Source of the DNA: Nitrospirae bacterium GWC2_57_13
GTDB lineage: Bacteria; Nitrospirota; UBA9217
Reading direction: 5' to 3'
NCBI GenBank assembly: GCA_001805055.1
Contig: MHDZ01000033.1
Span: forward strand, 4,404 to 68,403
Length of the DNA stretch: 64,000 nt
This document shows, in pieces, positions 40,174-49,984 of this stretch; position 1 is the first letter of the stretch; each line of letters begins with the position of its first letter. Below the pieces are notes generated by a model. That model saw only the letters and a list, made by a program, of their open reading frames with translations. It was not told the DNA's origin and did no database searches. The position numbers and the translations under genes were made by a program.

Positions 40174-40607
40174 TGGAGACGGACAAGGGTTCTCTGCATG
40201 CAACAGCAACGGCCATCGTCCGAAAGATGGCGTTTAAAACAGGGGGGCTTACCGCCCTGGCGGCTCTGGGAGTCGCGGTGTTCAGCGCTGTTGCCGGCGA
40301 AACCGAACGTTGGTGGTTCATTCCGGCAAGCATCCTCTTCGGCGGAGCGCTGGGAGTACTGAATTTCCGCTGGCTTGCCCAGACCGTCGAACGGATCTAT
40401 GTCAAGCCGGGGATGACGCGGACAGCGGCACAGATCGCCGGCATGGTGCTGACAGTGCTGAAGCTTTCCGCTATTTTCCTTATTCTCTTCGTCGTGATCA
40501 AATGGCGGCTGCTGCATCTCTTCGGCCTCGTAGCCGGCCTGTCGCTCAGCTTTGTCGCTATTTTGTGGGATGGATTTCTGACGATGCTCGGCCTGCGCCG
40601 GACCTAG
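40173..40607 (+). CDS. AtpI-like 4-TM membrane protein
   Basis: 144 aa, four TM helices. It follows the AtpZ-like gene with an overlapping stop/start, as in atpZ-atpI pairs. Confidence 0.4.
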   Translation: METDKGSLHATATAIVRKMAFKTGGLTALAALGVAVFSAVAGETERWWFIPASILFGGALGVLNFRWLAQTVERIYVKPGMTRTAAQIAGMVLTVLKLSAIFLILFVVIKWRLLHLFGLVAGLSLSFVAILWDGFLTMLGLRRT

Positions 40608-40678
40608 GAACTGTGCAGGTCCGTAGCCGGCGTGGCCTCGATCATCGCGCGCACTCATTTCAGGGGAGGAAGTGGCAC

Positions 40679-41152
40679 ATGAAAAATCACGTTCTGCGGC
40701 CGCTGTACGCCGTGCTCATGATCGTGACGCTCATCCTGGCGGCCAGGATCTTCCTGGTTCCGAAGGACTTCGGCATACAAGAACGGGGGTACATGTATGG
40801 CTGGCACCGCAAGTCCAATGAAGAGGACTGGAAAAAGGTTTCCGTGAAATACCAGGGCAAGGAATACTGCAAGGACTGCCACGGAGCGAATTACGACAGC
40901 ATCGCCAAAACCCCCCACAAGAACATCCAGTGCGAGAATTGCCACGGCCCGGCAATAGAGCATCCCAGCGATCCCCCAAAGCTTACTATCGACCGCAGCA
41001 GACAGCAGTGCCTTCGATGCCATTTTCCGCTTCCTTACCCCACGAGCGGACGATCGAAGATCCGGGGCATCGATCCGGAGACGCACAATCCCGACATGGA
41101 ATGCTCCATGTGCCACAATCCCCACCATCCCAGTCTGGAGGGCATGCGATGA
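40679..41152 (+). CDS. membrane-anchored tetraheme cytochrome c (module 1)
   Basis: N-terminal TM. CKDCH, CENCH, CLRCH and CSMCH heme sites. Confidence 0.8.
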   Translation: MKNHVLRPLYAVLMIVTLILAARIFLVPKDFGIQERGYMYGWHRKSNEEDWKKVSVKYQGKEYCKDCHGANYDSIAKTPHKNIQCENCHGPAIEHPSDPPKLTIDRSRQQCLRCHFPLPYPTSGRSKIRGIDPETHNPDMECSMCHNPHHPSLEGMR

Positions 41153-41937
41153 CTACTCGACGGGACTTTATCAAGAAAACCATCATTACCGTCGCCGGTG
41201 CGGCCCTGCCCCTGACGGCCTTCGAGCTCCTCGATCCGAAGAAGCTTTTTGCCCAGGTTGCGGCGGAGAAGACCAGAGTGCGGTGGGCGTTCCTTATCGA
41301 CACCTATAAATGCGTGGGCTGCGGCTACTGCGTCAAGGCCTGCAAGCTCGAGAACGAGGTGCCCTACGAGGCAAATGCAACCCGCACCTGGGTCGAGCGC
41401 TACGTGCTGACCAAGGACGGCAAGTTCCTGGCCGACAGCCCCAAGGGCGCCCGCGACGGCTATACGACCTCGAAGATCGACCTCGGACTCGGCAACTACG
41501 AAGAAGTGAAGAACAACAACATCGAGAAGGCCTACTTCGTGCCGAAGCTCTGCAACCAGTGTGAGAATCCGCCCTGCGTGCAGGTCTGCCCTGTTGGCGC
41601 CACCTACCAGGCGCCCGACGGCGTAGTGCTCGTTGACCGCTCGTGGTGCATCGGCTGCGGCTACTGCATCATGGCATGCCCCTACGGCGTGCGATTTTTC
41701 CACCCCGTGCACCACACGGCGGAGAAATGCAACTACTGCTACCACCGCATCACCAAGGGCATGAAGACGGCCTGCGTGGACGCCTGCCCCTTCGGCGCAC
41801 GCCAGATAGGAAATATCAAGGACCCCAACGACCCGGTCACGAAGATCATCAGGACCCAGCGCGTCGCCGTGCTGAAGAGCGAATACGGGACGAAACCCCA
41901 GGCCTTCTACATCGGCCTGGACGAGGAGGTGCGGTAA
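41149..41937 (+). CDS. Tat-exported 4x[4Fe-4S] ferredoxin subunit (NrfC/PsrB/DsrO-like) (module 1)
   Basis: RRDF twin-arginine motif. Four CxxCxxC...CP cluster motifs. ATGA overlap with the cytochrome gene. Confidence 0.85.
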   Translation: MTTRRDFIKKTIITVAGAALPLTAFELLDPKKLFAQVAAEKTRVRWAFLIDTYKCVGCGYCVKACKLENEVPYEANATRTWVERYVLTKDGKFLADSPKGARDGYTTSKIDLGLGNYEEVKNNNIEKAYFVPKLCNQCENPPCVQVCPVGATYQAPDGVVLVDRSWCIGCGYCIMACPYGVRFFHPVHHTAEKCNYCYHRITKGMKTACVDACPFGARQIGNIKDPNDPVTKIIRTQRVAVLKSEYGTKPQAFYIGLDEEVR

Positions 41938-43190
41938 TGGTACATGGCGAGCTCTGGACCCTGAAGGAACTGTTCGTCCTGCCCAACGAGTACATCTACT
42001 GGAGCGTCCAGATCGTGATGTATCCCTTCATGACCGGTCTCGTGGCCGGGGCCTTCGTGCTCTCGTCGCTCTACCACGTCTTCGGCATCGAGAAGCTCAA
42101 GGACATGGCGCGGTTCGCCCTGGTGTTCTCGTTCGCGCTCCTGTTTGCGGCGCCGATGCCCATTGTGCTCCATTTGCAGTTTCCCTTCCGGGGCATTAAT
42201 GTATTCATGACGCCGCACTTCACCTCGGCCATCGCGGCTTTCGGCATTGTGTTCTTCACCTACGGCGCCATCGTCGCCTCGGAGCTCTGGTTCCTGTACC
42301 GGAAGCATTTCGTTGAGGTCGCTCTCAGGCTTCGCGAGAAGCAGGACAAGACGATGATGGAGTGGTTCTCGTATCTCATTTTCTGTTCCCTTACCCTGGG
42401 CGTCTATGACGTGAGCGAGGAATCCCTGCATCGCGACGAGAAAGCCATCAAGTTCCTGGCCGCACTCGGCATCCCCGTGGCCTGTTTCCTCCACGGCTAC
42501 GCCGGGTTCATTTTCGGGTCCGTGAAGGCGAATGCGCTCTGGATGACGCCGCTCATGCCGGTCATCTTCATCATGTCCGCGATCGTGTCGGGCATCGCAC
42601 TCTGCATGCTCACCTACATCGTGACCATGGAGATCCGCAAGTTCCTGGCCAAGCGGAAGCGCACCACCTATGGTGTCTACCAGACAACGGATCAGATCCG
42701 GAGCGTCGAGATCAACGTGATCCAGATGACCGCCAAGTACCTGCTGTACTTCATGGTCTTCGCCATCAGCCTCGAGGTGCTGGACCTCATCTTCCGCGGA
42801 TATACGGCCGTCAAGTCATGGGACGTGCTGCGCAGCGTTATCTACGGCAAGGACTTCACGAGCATCTTCATCCTGCAGTACGCCATCGGGAACCTGATCC
42901 CGCTCATCCTGCTCCTGACGCCGGGGCTGACCCTGCGCAGGACCCTGCTCGGCGTGCTGCTCGTGCTCTTCGGTGTGTTCATGATGCGTTGGAACGTGGT
43001 GATCGGCGGACAGGCTTTCTCCCTCACCTTTGCGGGATACATGCACTATCACTTGCCGATCGTGCCGCACTCCATGGAGACGTTCAAGGAAGGGCTCTTC
43101 GGCGCGCTCAGCATCTTCATCATGCCCTTTGTGCTGTTCTATTTCATCAGCAAGATATTTCCGGTCTTCGAGTACAAGGAAGCCCATTGA
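41937..43190 (+). CDS. NrfD/PsrC-family integral membrane quinone-interacting subunit (module 1)
   Basis: ~417 aa with about 10 TM helices. TAATG overlap with the FeS gene. Confidence 0.8.
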   Translation: MVHGELWTLKELFVLPNEYIYWSVQIVMYPFMTGLVAGAFVLSSLYHVFGIEKLKDMARFALVFSFALLFAAPMPIVLHLQFPFRGINVFMTPHFTSAIAAFGIVFFTYGAIVASELWFLYRKHFVEVALRLREKQDKTMMEWFSYLIFCSLTLGVYDVSEESLHRDEKAIKFLAALGIPVACFLHGYAGFIFGSVKANALWMTPLMPVIFIMSAIVSGIALCMLTYIVTMEIRKFLAKRKRTTYGVYQTTDQIRSVEINVIQMTAKYLLYFMVFAISLEVLDLIFRGYTAVKSWDVLRSVIYGKDFTSIFILQYAIGNLIPLILLLTPGLTLRRTLLGVLLVLFGVFMMRWNVVIGGQAFSLTFAGYMHYHLPIVPHSMETFKEGLFGALSIFIMPFVLFYFISKIFPVFEYKEAH

Positions 43191-43221
43191 CGGCCGCGCT
43201 TCCCAGGGAGGTGGTGATCCC

Positions 43222-43737
43222 ATGAAGAAGACGATCATGACGCTCCTGATGCTCTTCGGGCTGCTCCTCTCCGCTGCTACGGCTGCGGTTCGCGCCGATA
43301 CGCACGAACCCGACGTCCCGAAGAAGTTATTTGTTCCTCCCCCGCCTTTCACGCCGGGGATCTATCCCTGCTCCCAATGCCACGCAGGCATGCCTGTAGA
43401 CCGTAATCCACGGAAGCTCCAGGGCATGCATGACAACATTGCGTTGAAGCACATGCCGGGAGGCTGGTGCTTCGACTGCCACAACCCGAACAACCGTGAC
43501 ACCCTCCGGCTGGCGAACGGCAAGATCGTACGCTTCGAAGAGTCCTATAACCTCTGCGGCCAGTGCCACGGCACCATTCTTCGCGAATGGAAGGCCGGCC
43601 TGCACGGCAAGCGCACGGGCATGTGGAACGGCGAGAAGCAGTACCTGCTCTGTGTGCACTGCCACTGGCCCCATGATCCGAAGTTCAAGCCAATTCAGCC
43701 ACTGCCGCCCCCGGTGCGGCCGTCGGACATCAAGTAG
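43222..43737 (+). CDS. secreted tetraheme cytochrome c (module 2)
   Basis: Signal peptide. CSQCH, CFDCH, CGQCH and CVHCH heme sites. Confidence 0.8.
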   Translation: MKKTIMTLLMLFGLLLSAATAAVRADTHEPDVPKKLFVPPPPFTPGIYPCSQCHAGMPVDRNPRKLQGMHDNIALKHMPGGWCFDCHNPNNRDTLRLANGKIVRFEESYNLCGQCHGTILREWKAGLHGKRTGMWNGEKQYLLCVHCHWPHDPKFKPIQPLPPPVRPSDIK

Positions 43738-43761
43738 CGTCCTGACGCAGCGAGGTACGCC

Positions 43762-44688
43762 ATGCAAGACAAAAAGACACCAGAACGCAGCATTCAGCGG
43801 AGGACCTTTCTGAAAGGCGCGGCGCTCGGCCTGGCCGCCACGGCGCTTCCCTCGCGGGACGCCGAGGCCTCGATCTGGGAGGCCTTTTTTCAGAAGCACT
43901 TCCGAGAGATGAGCGAGGCAGAGATCAGGAAGGTGATCGGGAGGCTTGAGCAGGAATACGAGCAAAAGTACAAAAAAAAGATAACCGTCGGCATTGAGAA
44001 GCCCCTGCCCGGCGTGCTCTTCGGCTACGGTCTCGACCTTTCCCGGTGCATCGGCTGCCGCCGGTGCGTCTACGGATGCGTTGACGAGAACAACCAGTCC
44101 AAGGACCCGCAGATCCACTGGATCACCGTGCTCCGGTTCAAGAAGGGCGAGAAGTGGGTGGACCTGGAAGAATCGGAGAAGTACTACAATCCCTCTGCGG
44201 TCCCGGAGGAGGAGTATTTTTACATGCCGGTCCAGTGCCAGCAGTGCGAGAATCCGCCCTGCGTGCGTGTCTGCCCCACCCAGGCCACATGGAAGGACGA
44301 GGACGGCATCGTGGTGATCGACTACAACTGGTGCATCGGCTGCCGATACTGCATGGCGGCCTGCCCCTACGGCGCACGCCGGTTCAACTGGACCGACCCC
44401 GGACGGAAGACCGAGGAGCTCAACACCGAGACCCACTACCTGGGCAATCGCCCCCGGTTCAAGGGCGTGGTCGAAAAATGCACCTTCTGCATCCAGAGAA
44501 CGCGCAAGGAACCCGGACGGTATCCGGCCTGCGTGGAGGCATGCCCCGTGGGTGCGCGGAAATTCGGCAACCTGCTCGACCCCATGAGCGAGATCCGGTA
44601 CGCGATCGAGCATAAACGGGTCTTCCGCCTGAAGGAGGACCTGAACACCAATCCCAAGTTCTATTACTTCTTTGCCTACGGCGGGTGA
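43762..44688 (+). CDS. Tat-exported 4x[4Fe-4S] ferredoxin subunit (NrfC/DsrO-like) (module 2)
   Basis: RRTFLKG twin-arginine motif. Four Cys clusters, including CQQCENPPCVRVCP. Confidence 0.85.
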   Translation: MQDKKTPERSIQRRTFLKGAALGLAATALPSRDAEASIWEAFFQKHFREMSEAEIRKVIGRLEQEYEQKYKKKITVGIEKPLPGVLFGYGLDLSRCIGCRRCVYGCVDENNQSKDPQIHWITVLRFKKGEKWVDLEESEKYYNPSAVPEEEYFYMPVQCQQCENPPCVRVCPTQATWKDEDGIVVIDYNWCIGCRYCMAACPYGARRFNWTDPGRKTEELNTETHYLGNRPRFKGVVEKCTFCIQRTRKEPGRYPACVEACPVGARKFGNLLDPMSEIRYAIEHKRVFRLKEDLNTNPKFYYFFAYGG

Positions 44689-44702
44689 GGGGGAGGACGG
44701 TC

Positions 44703-45944
44703 ATGAAAAACCTGATCAGGAACTTTTTCATCGCCGGCAGGCAGGTATTGATCGGCGACAAGACCTATTATGCGTGGATCGCCTTCCTGTCGGTCTTCAT
44801 CCTGCTCGGCCTGAGCGCCTATGTGGACCAGTTGCACCGCGGCCTTATCACCACGGCCATGCGCGACCAGGCCTCGTGGGGCCTCTATATCTCTAATTTT
44901 ACCTTTCTGGTGGGTGTGGCCGCAGCGGCCGTGCTGCTCGTGATCCCGGCGTACCTGTACAATTTCAAGCCTATCAAGGAGATCGTGCTCTTCGGCGAGC
45001 TGCTGGCAATCACGGCCATTATCATGTGCATCCTCTTTATCATGGTGGACATGGGCCGGCCCCTGCGGGTCTGGCATATCCTTCCGTTCATCGGTTCCAT
45101 GCACTTTCCCTCGTCCCTCCTGGCCTGGGACGTGGTGGTGCTGAACGGGTACCTGGCGATCAACACGATCATCGTGTTCTACGTGCTCTACCAGCTCTCC
45201 ATCGGAAAGGAGTACAAGATGTCGGTCATCGGGCCGCTCATCATCCTTTCGATTCCCTGGGCGGTCAGCATCCATACGGTGACGGCCTTCCTCTACAACG
45301 GCCTGTCCGCCCGGCCCTTCTGGAACGCATCGATCCTGGCGCCTCGCTTTCTGGCCTCGGCATTCTGCTCAGGACCGGCCATCATGCTGATCCTGTTCCA
45401 ACTCATCCGGAAGAAGTCCGACGTGGAGATCGACGACCGCGCCATCTTCAAGATCGCCGAGCTGATCGCCTACGCCATGGGGCTCAATCTGTTCCTGCTC
45501 GGCGCCGAAGCCTTCAAGGAGTTTTATTCCGGTACCATCCATTCCTACCCCATCGAGTATCTCTACTTCGGCCTGCACGGAAAGACCGCCCTCGTTCCGT
45601 GGATCTGGTCGGCGACGATCCTGAACATCACCGCATTTTTCCTGTTCCTGTTCCCCCGGACGCGGGAGAACTTTACGACTCTGAACATTGGATGCATTTT
45701 CGTCATCATCGGTGTCTACATCGAAAAGGGCATGGGGCTGATCGTTCCCGGGTTCGTACCCGATACGCTCGGCGAGATATACGAATACATTCCCACGACG
45801 TCCGAGATAGTGATCACCATGGGCATCTGGGCTTTGGGTGCGATGCTCTATACAGTTCTGCTGAAATTCGCCGTCCCCATATATACGGGTAAGCTTCGGT
45901 TCGAGATGAAGGAACAGAAGAGCTATAAAGCATCCCCGTCGTGA
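44703..45944 (+). CDS. NrfD-family integral membrane subunit (module 2)
   Basis: ~413 aa polytopic membrane protein, a paralogue of the 41937 gene. RBS GGGGGAGGA upstream. Confidence 0.8.
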   Translation: MKNLIRNFFIAGRQVLIGDKTYYAWIAFLSVFILLGLSAYVDQLHRGLITTAMRDQASWGLYISNFTFLVGVAAAAVLLVIPAYLYNFKPIKEIVLFGELLAITAIIMCILFIMVDMGRPLRVWHILPFIGSMHFPSSLLAWDVVVLNGYLAINTIIVFYVLYQLSIGKEYKMSVIGPLIILSIPWAVSIHTVTAFLYNGLSARPFWNASILAPRFLASAFCSGPAIMLILFQLIRKKSDVEIDDRAIFKIAELIAYAMGLNLFLLGAEAFKEFYSGTIHSYPIEYLYFGLHGKTALVPWIWSATILNITAFFLFLFPRTRENFTTLNIGCIFVIIGVYIEKGMGLIVPGFVPDTLGEIYEYIPTTSEIVITMGIWALGAMLYTVLLKFAVPIYTGKLRFEMKEQKSYKASPS

Positions 45945-45983
45945 TCGCGCCGGCGGTCGCTCCGGGAAAAGGGGATCGAGCAT

Positions 45984-46021
45984 AAAAAAAGGAGCAACGG
46001 CCAGCCGTTGCTCCTTTTTTC
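45984..46021. terminator. bidirectional rho-independent terminator
   Basis: A-run, then GGAGCAACGG-CCAG-CCGTTGCTCC, then T-run. It lies between convergent genes. Confidence 0.65.
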
Positions 46022-46039
46022 TGAACGTAAAACGGACAC

Positions 46040-46894
46040 TTACTCTTTTGGCGTCTTGGACAGCAGCAGCATGACTACGCCCATGCCGCTTACCAGCAAC
46101 ATCAGGAAACCTGAGAAGTTTTTCCGCGAGCGAAGGTCCGCGAAGGTCCCTGAGATCCCCTTCTCGATATCGTCAAGCTTACGCGTGTACTCGCCGGTAC
46201 GCTCCTTGACGAGGTTTACATCCACGGTGTGAAAGAGCGTCCGGAACTCGGCCTGGGTGCTGAAGAACGCCTGTTCCTGCTCTTCCGGATAGATGCCCGC
46301 CCGGCGGAGCGCCTTGATGCCGTCCTCGATCTCGGTGATCTTCTTTTCAACGAGGAACATGGCCTGTTTCATATCTTGTGCCCTGCCATAGGTATGGCAC
46401 TTTGAGCAGCGCTGTTCGCTGATGATCTCGATGTTCGCCTTCTGGATATTATGGGAGCCGTGGCAAACAACGCAGTGCGGGCCCTTCCCCGATGTTCTGA
46501 GGGCCTTTCCATGACCGCTTTCATTGAAGTACCTCAAAATGCCGACGTGGCACCTGCCGCACAGATCGGGGATCTTGGCGTAGGGCGGGACTCCGATGAA
46601 GCCGCGCTGCTGATGGGACATGGCCAAAGACGGGTCTTTCGGATCACCGCCGTGGCAGTCGTGGCAGGTAATATCGTTCTGCGCGTGCCAGCTTTTTCTC
46701 CATTCATCGACGATCTCACGGAACACAGGCTTCATTCGCTCCGACGCGTGGCAGTCGATGCAGGCATTCTCCTCGATCCGTTCCCCCGACCAGGTCTTTG
46801 ACATGAACTCGCGGGCGAAATCCTCCCGATAACCGGCGGAGGAGATGCCCGGGAGACCGGCGATCAGCAGCAGGGACAGTACCAGTGAACGCAT
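46040..46894 (-). CDS. pentaheme cytochrome c with C-terminal membrane anchor (bc-complex associated)
   Basis: Signal peptide. CIDCH, CHDCH, CGRCH, CVVCH and CSKCH heme sites. C-terminal TM. Start overlaps the cytochrome b stop (ATGA). Confidence 0.8.
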   Translation of the reverse strand: MRSLVLSLLLIAGLPGISSAGYREDFAREFMSKTWSGERIEENACIDCHASERMKPVFREIVDEWRKSWHAQNDITCHDCHGGDPKDPSLAMSHQQRGFIGVPPYAKIPDLCGRCHVGILRYFNESGHGKALRTSGKGPHCVVCHGSHNIQKANIEIISEQRCSKCHTYGRAQDMKQAMFLVEKKITEIEDGIKALRRAGIYPEEQEQAFFSTQAEFRTLFHTVDVNLVKERTGEYTRKLDDIEKGISGTFADLRSRKNFSGFLMLLVSGMGVVMLLLSKTPKE

Positions 46895-47994
46895 CACGAC
46901 CTCCCCCAGAACATGAGGATCACCCATAGCGCGAAAGCGGCGAGGAACATGCCGCGCAGGAACGGCCTCTTCATGATGTTCTTTTCTTTTTCCGTGTCGA
47001 AGAAGGGCCAGAACAGGAACAGAACGAAGAGTGCGACCTGGATGATCACACCCAGGAACTTGTTGGGAATGATCTTGAGCATCTGGTACGGCGCGAGCAG
47101 ATACCACTCGGGCCGAATGCTCGCCGGCGTCCGGTAGGGGTCCGCCGGCATCGTCGCATCCCCGGGGAAGAAGAGGTTCGGCGCAAAGGTTATCAGGAAG
47201 AACATAACGGCCAGATAGACCATCACCATGAAAAGGTCCTTCTGGAAGAACCGGGGATAGTACGGATAGCCGTCGGGATGGTTCTTCTTGTGGTACTCTG
47301 TCCACGGCCGCTTCTCTTCCGCGGACAGTCCAAAGGGTGTCCCCGAGATGCCGATACGCTTGGTCAGGAACAGGTGGAGCCCCAGGAGCATCAGGAAAAT
47401 GGGGGGGAGGATCGAAATATGGAAGGCAAAGAACCTGCTGAGCGTCGCTCCCGTAACCGACTCGCCGCCCCGCAGGACGTTGGCGACGAGATCACCCATA
47501 TAAGGTACGGCTGTCGGAATGGCGGTCGCAACGGTCGTCGCCCAGTAGCTCAACTGGGTCCAGGGAAGCAGATACCCGCTGAACCCGAAGGCGACGGATA
47601 CGAAGAGGAGAAGCGCGCCGACGATCCAGGTAAGCTCCCGCGGCCGCTTGTAGTTTCCCATGAGGAAAACCGTCAGCATGTGCGCGAAGACGACCCCGAT
47701 CAGCAGGTTGCTGCCCATGACGTGCATCTGGCGGAACAGCCAGCCGAAGGGAACCTTGTTCATGATGCCCTGCACGCTCTGGAAGGCGTGGTCAGGATGG
47801 GGAACATAGTAGATGAGAAGGAGGATGCCCGTGATCACCTGGATCAGATACCCCGCGATGGTGACGACTCCCAGGGTATAGAAGATATTGATATTTTTCG
47901 GCACCCGGTATGCGCGGACCTCCTCTTCAACAAGGTCATTGATTCCGATCCGGACGTCGAGCCAGTTCCTCACACGATCCCACATAGTTTTCAC
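46894..47994 (-). CDS. cytochrome b of a second Rieske/cytochrome b complex
   Basis: Cytochrome b N- and C-terminal motifs (conserved bis-His helices, PEWY-like). 366 aa. Confidence 0.85.
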   Translation of the reverse strand: MKTMWDRVRNWLDVRIGINDLVEEEVRAYRVPKNINIFYTLGVVTIAGYLIQVITGILLLIYYVPHPDHAFQSVQGIMNKVPFGWLFRQMHVMGSNLLIGVVFAHMLTVFLMGNYKRPRELTWIVGALLLFVSVAFGFSGYLLPWTQLSYWATTVATAIPTAVPYMGDLVANVLRGGESVTGATLSRFFAFHISILPPIFLMLLGLHLFLTKRIGISGTPFGLSAEEKRPWTEYHKKNHPDGYPYYPRFFQKDLFMVMVYLAVMFFLITFAPNLFFPGDATMPADPYRTPASIRPEWYLLAPYQMLKIIPNKFLGVIIQVALFVLFLFWPFFDTEKEKNIMKRPFLRGMFLAAFALWVILMFWGRS

Positions 47995-48404
47995 CCGATC
48001 ACGATATTTTCGCCGTCGACCCTGAGCGGCAGGACCGGAAGGGGTTTCGGCGGTGGTCCGGAGATAACATGCCCATCAAGATCGAAGGTGCCCGCATGGC
48101 ATGGACAGAGTAGTTGACGGTTCTCTTTATCATAGTGGACGAGACAGCCGAGATGGGTACAGACGCGCGAGAGGGCGATCAGCCCCTTCCCGGGACGGTT
48201 TACGACGACCGCGGGGACATCGTTGAACACGATCTCCTTCGCGTATCCCAGGGGGATGTCGCGTTTCGCAATGACGAGTGTCCGGGCCTTTTCAGCCGTT
48301 CCGGGCGGGACGAGATAGCGGACGAGAGGGTAGAGCAGGGAGGCCAGCGTGGTGATGCCAAGGGCCGACAGTAACAATTGGAGAAAGCTGCGCCTCTTCA
48401 TCAC
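47991..48404 (-). CDS. Rieske [2Fe-2S] protein (second copy)
   Basis: RRSFLQ Tat motif. CTHLGC...CPCHAGTF Rieske boxes. Confidence 0.85.
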   Translation of the reverse strand: MMKRRSFLQLLLSALGITTLASLLYPLVRYLVPPGTAEKARTLVIAKRDIPLGYAKEIVFNDVPAVVVNRPGKGLIALSRVCTHLGCLVHYDKENRQLLCPCHAGTFDLDGHVISGPPPKPLPVLPLRVDGENIVIG

Positions 48405-48818
48405 ACCTCCCCAGTTTGCTGAAGAGAAACTTACTATAGTGAAGTTTCGAATTGCTGCTGATCATCGTATGATAGATCAGCTTTCGTTGTCAAGGGGAAA
48501 ATGGTACAGTTGCAATGTCCAATATGTTTCATTGCATCAGGGGCAGGAACGGATCAAATCGTTCCCGCCGAATCCTGATCAGGACAGGAGAATTGAGGCA
48601 TTCCGGAGCGCGGCTTGTCAGAAGCGCCCTTTAATCCTCTGTATGTCGTTTTTGACCGGATATTCCGCATCTTCGGCCCGAACAAGGGACCGGGGAGCTG
48701 AAGGGCGGCAGACAGGAAAATGTTGTCTGCGGTATTGACATCCATACTGCTCCTGTGATATAAAAACAGGTCTTCATAAAATTCTGTTTTAGAATTTGGA
48801 AGACTTCAGGGGGGGAAT

Positions 48819-49847
48819 ATGAAATTCATTCGCAGGCTGTGGGAGAAGGGACGTGGTGCGTTCAGCGCGGTCCTGGAAAAGCTCCGCGGGCCGCTTTCGC
48901 TCAAGGCGAAGCTGCTCATTCTGACGCTATTGACGGTGATCGTCGCGGGCGGCGGCACCATCTCGTATCTGTTCTATGATTTTACCCAGAACAACCCGAA
49001 ATTCTGCGTCAGCTGTCACTTGATGCAGCCGGCCTATGACACCTGGGCGAAGAGCGAACACAAAGGCCTGAACTGCCACGACTGTCACCATCTGTCGATC
49101 CCGGAGCAGAACCAGCTGCTGATCAGTTTCGTTCTGCGCCGTCCGGACGACGTTCCGGACCGTCACGGGAAGGTCATCGCCGGACTGTCGAAGTTCTGCA
49201 ACGAGTGCCACACGGAAGGGAAGGGGAAGAAGATCAACAGATCACTCTTCCACGCGAAGCACGTGTACATGGAACAGCTTGAATGCACCATGTGCCATGG
49301 CGAGGTCAAGACGGACAAGTCGGGGCTGCATTCATTTCTCCCGACGGAAAAGTTCTGTGTCAAGTGCCACAGCGGCAAGCAAGTGCATGGCGAGGGCATG
49401 GGCGGCCTGGCCTGCCTGAATTGCCATACGGACCGCACCAAGGACCTGAAGCCGGGCAGGAGAAAATGCCTCTACTGCCACAGCTCGGACCAGGGCGTTC
49501 GCGAGATTCTTGAAGAGGGCGGGACCATTGACGTCCGGCATTTCACGCCTGATCCGTCCGTGGTCAAGCGGGCCACGAAGATCGTCTATTCCGATAAGGC
49601 GCCCATGCAGTTCTACTGCTATGAATGCCATCAGGCGCATACGCCGGGCAAGGCCCGGCCGACAACGACGGACTGCCTGAAATGCCACAGCAAGATCCGG
49701 TCAGTCGGGAAGCACAAAATGCACTTGAACATGGACATGAAATGCCAGGATTGCCACAAGCCGCACATCTGGACGGTGACGGAAGCGTCGGCCCGCAAGG
49801 ACTGCGTTGCTTGCCACGAGTATAAAAGTCCGAAGGCGTTCCTTTAG
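48819..49847 (+). CDS. membrane-anchored multiheme cytochrome c with 11 CxxCH motifs
   Basis: N-terminal TM. Heme sites CVSCH, CHDCH, CNECH, CTMCH, CVKCH, CLNCH, CLYCH, CYECH, CLKCH, CQDCH and CVACH. Possible promoter TTGACA at 48735. Confidence 0.8.
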   Translation: MKFIRRLWEKGRGAFSAVLEKLRGPLSLKAKLLILTLLTVIVAGGGTISYLFYDFTQNNPKFCVSCHLMQPAYDTWAKSEHKGLNCHDCHHLSIPEQNQLLISFVLRRPDDVPDRHGKVIAGLSKFCNECHTEGKGKKINRSLFHAKHVYMEQLECTMCHGEVKTDKSGLHSFLPTEKFCVKCHSGKQVHGEGMGGLACLNCHTDRTKDLKPGRRKCLYCHSSDQGVREILEEGGTIDVRHFTPDPSVVKRATKIVYSDKAPMQFYCYECHQAHTPGKARPTTTDCLKCHSKIRSVGKHKMHLNMDMKCQDCHKPHIWTVTEASARKDCVACHEYKSPKAFL

Positions 49848-49984
49848 TGTCGTAAGGGCGACCATGGTCGCCCTTCTTGAGGGGGTGGGCATGCCCCCCC
49901 TGATCGTTCGGCGCGTCTTTTTGCCGGTGATAGCGTTTAGTACAGGAGAATTGCATTCCATCGACGAAAGGAGGTGAATCCTGA

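Noticed and set aside
48405-48818. Checked for an FNR/CRP-type box (TTGAT-N4-ATCAA) in the cytochrome divergent promoter region
   Set aside because: Only a GGAACG-N8-CGTTCC palindrome is present, with no FNR consensus. It is kept as a note under the bc-complex finding.
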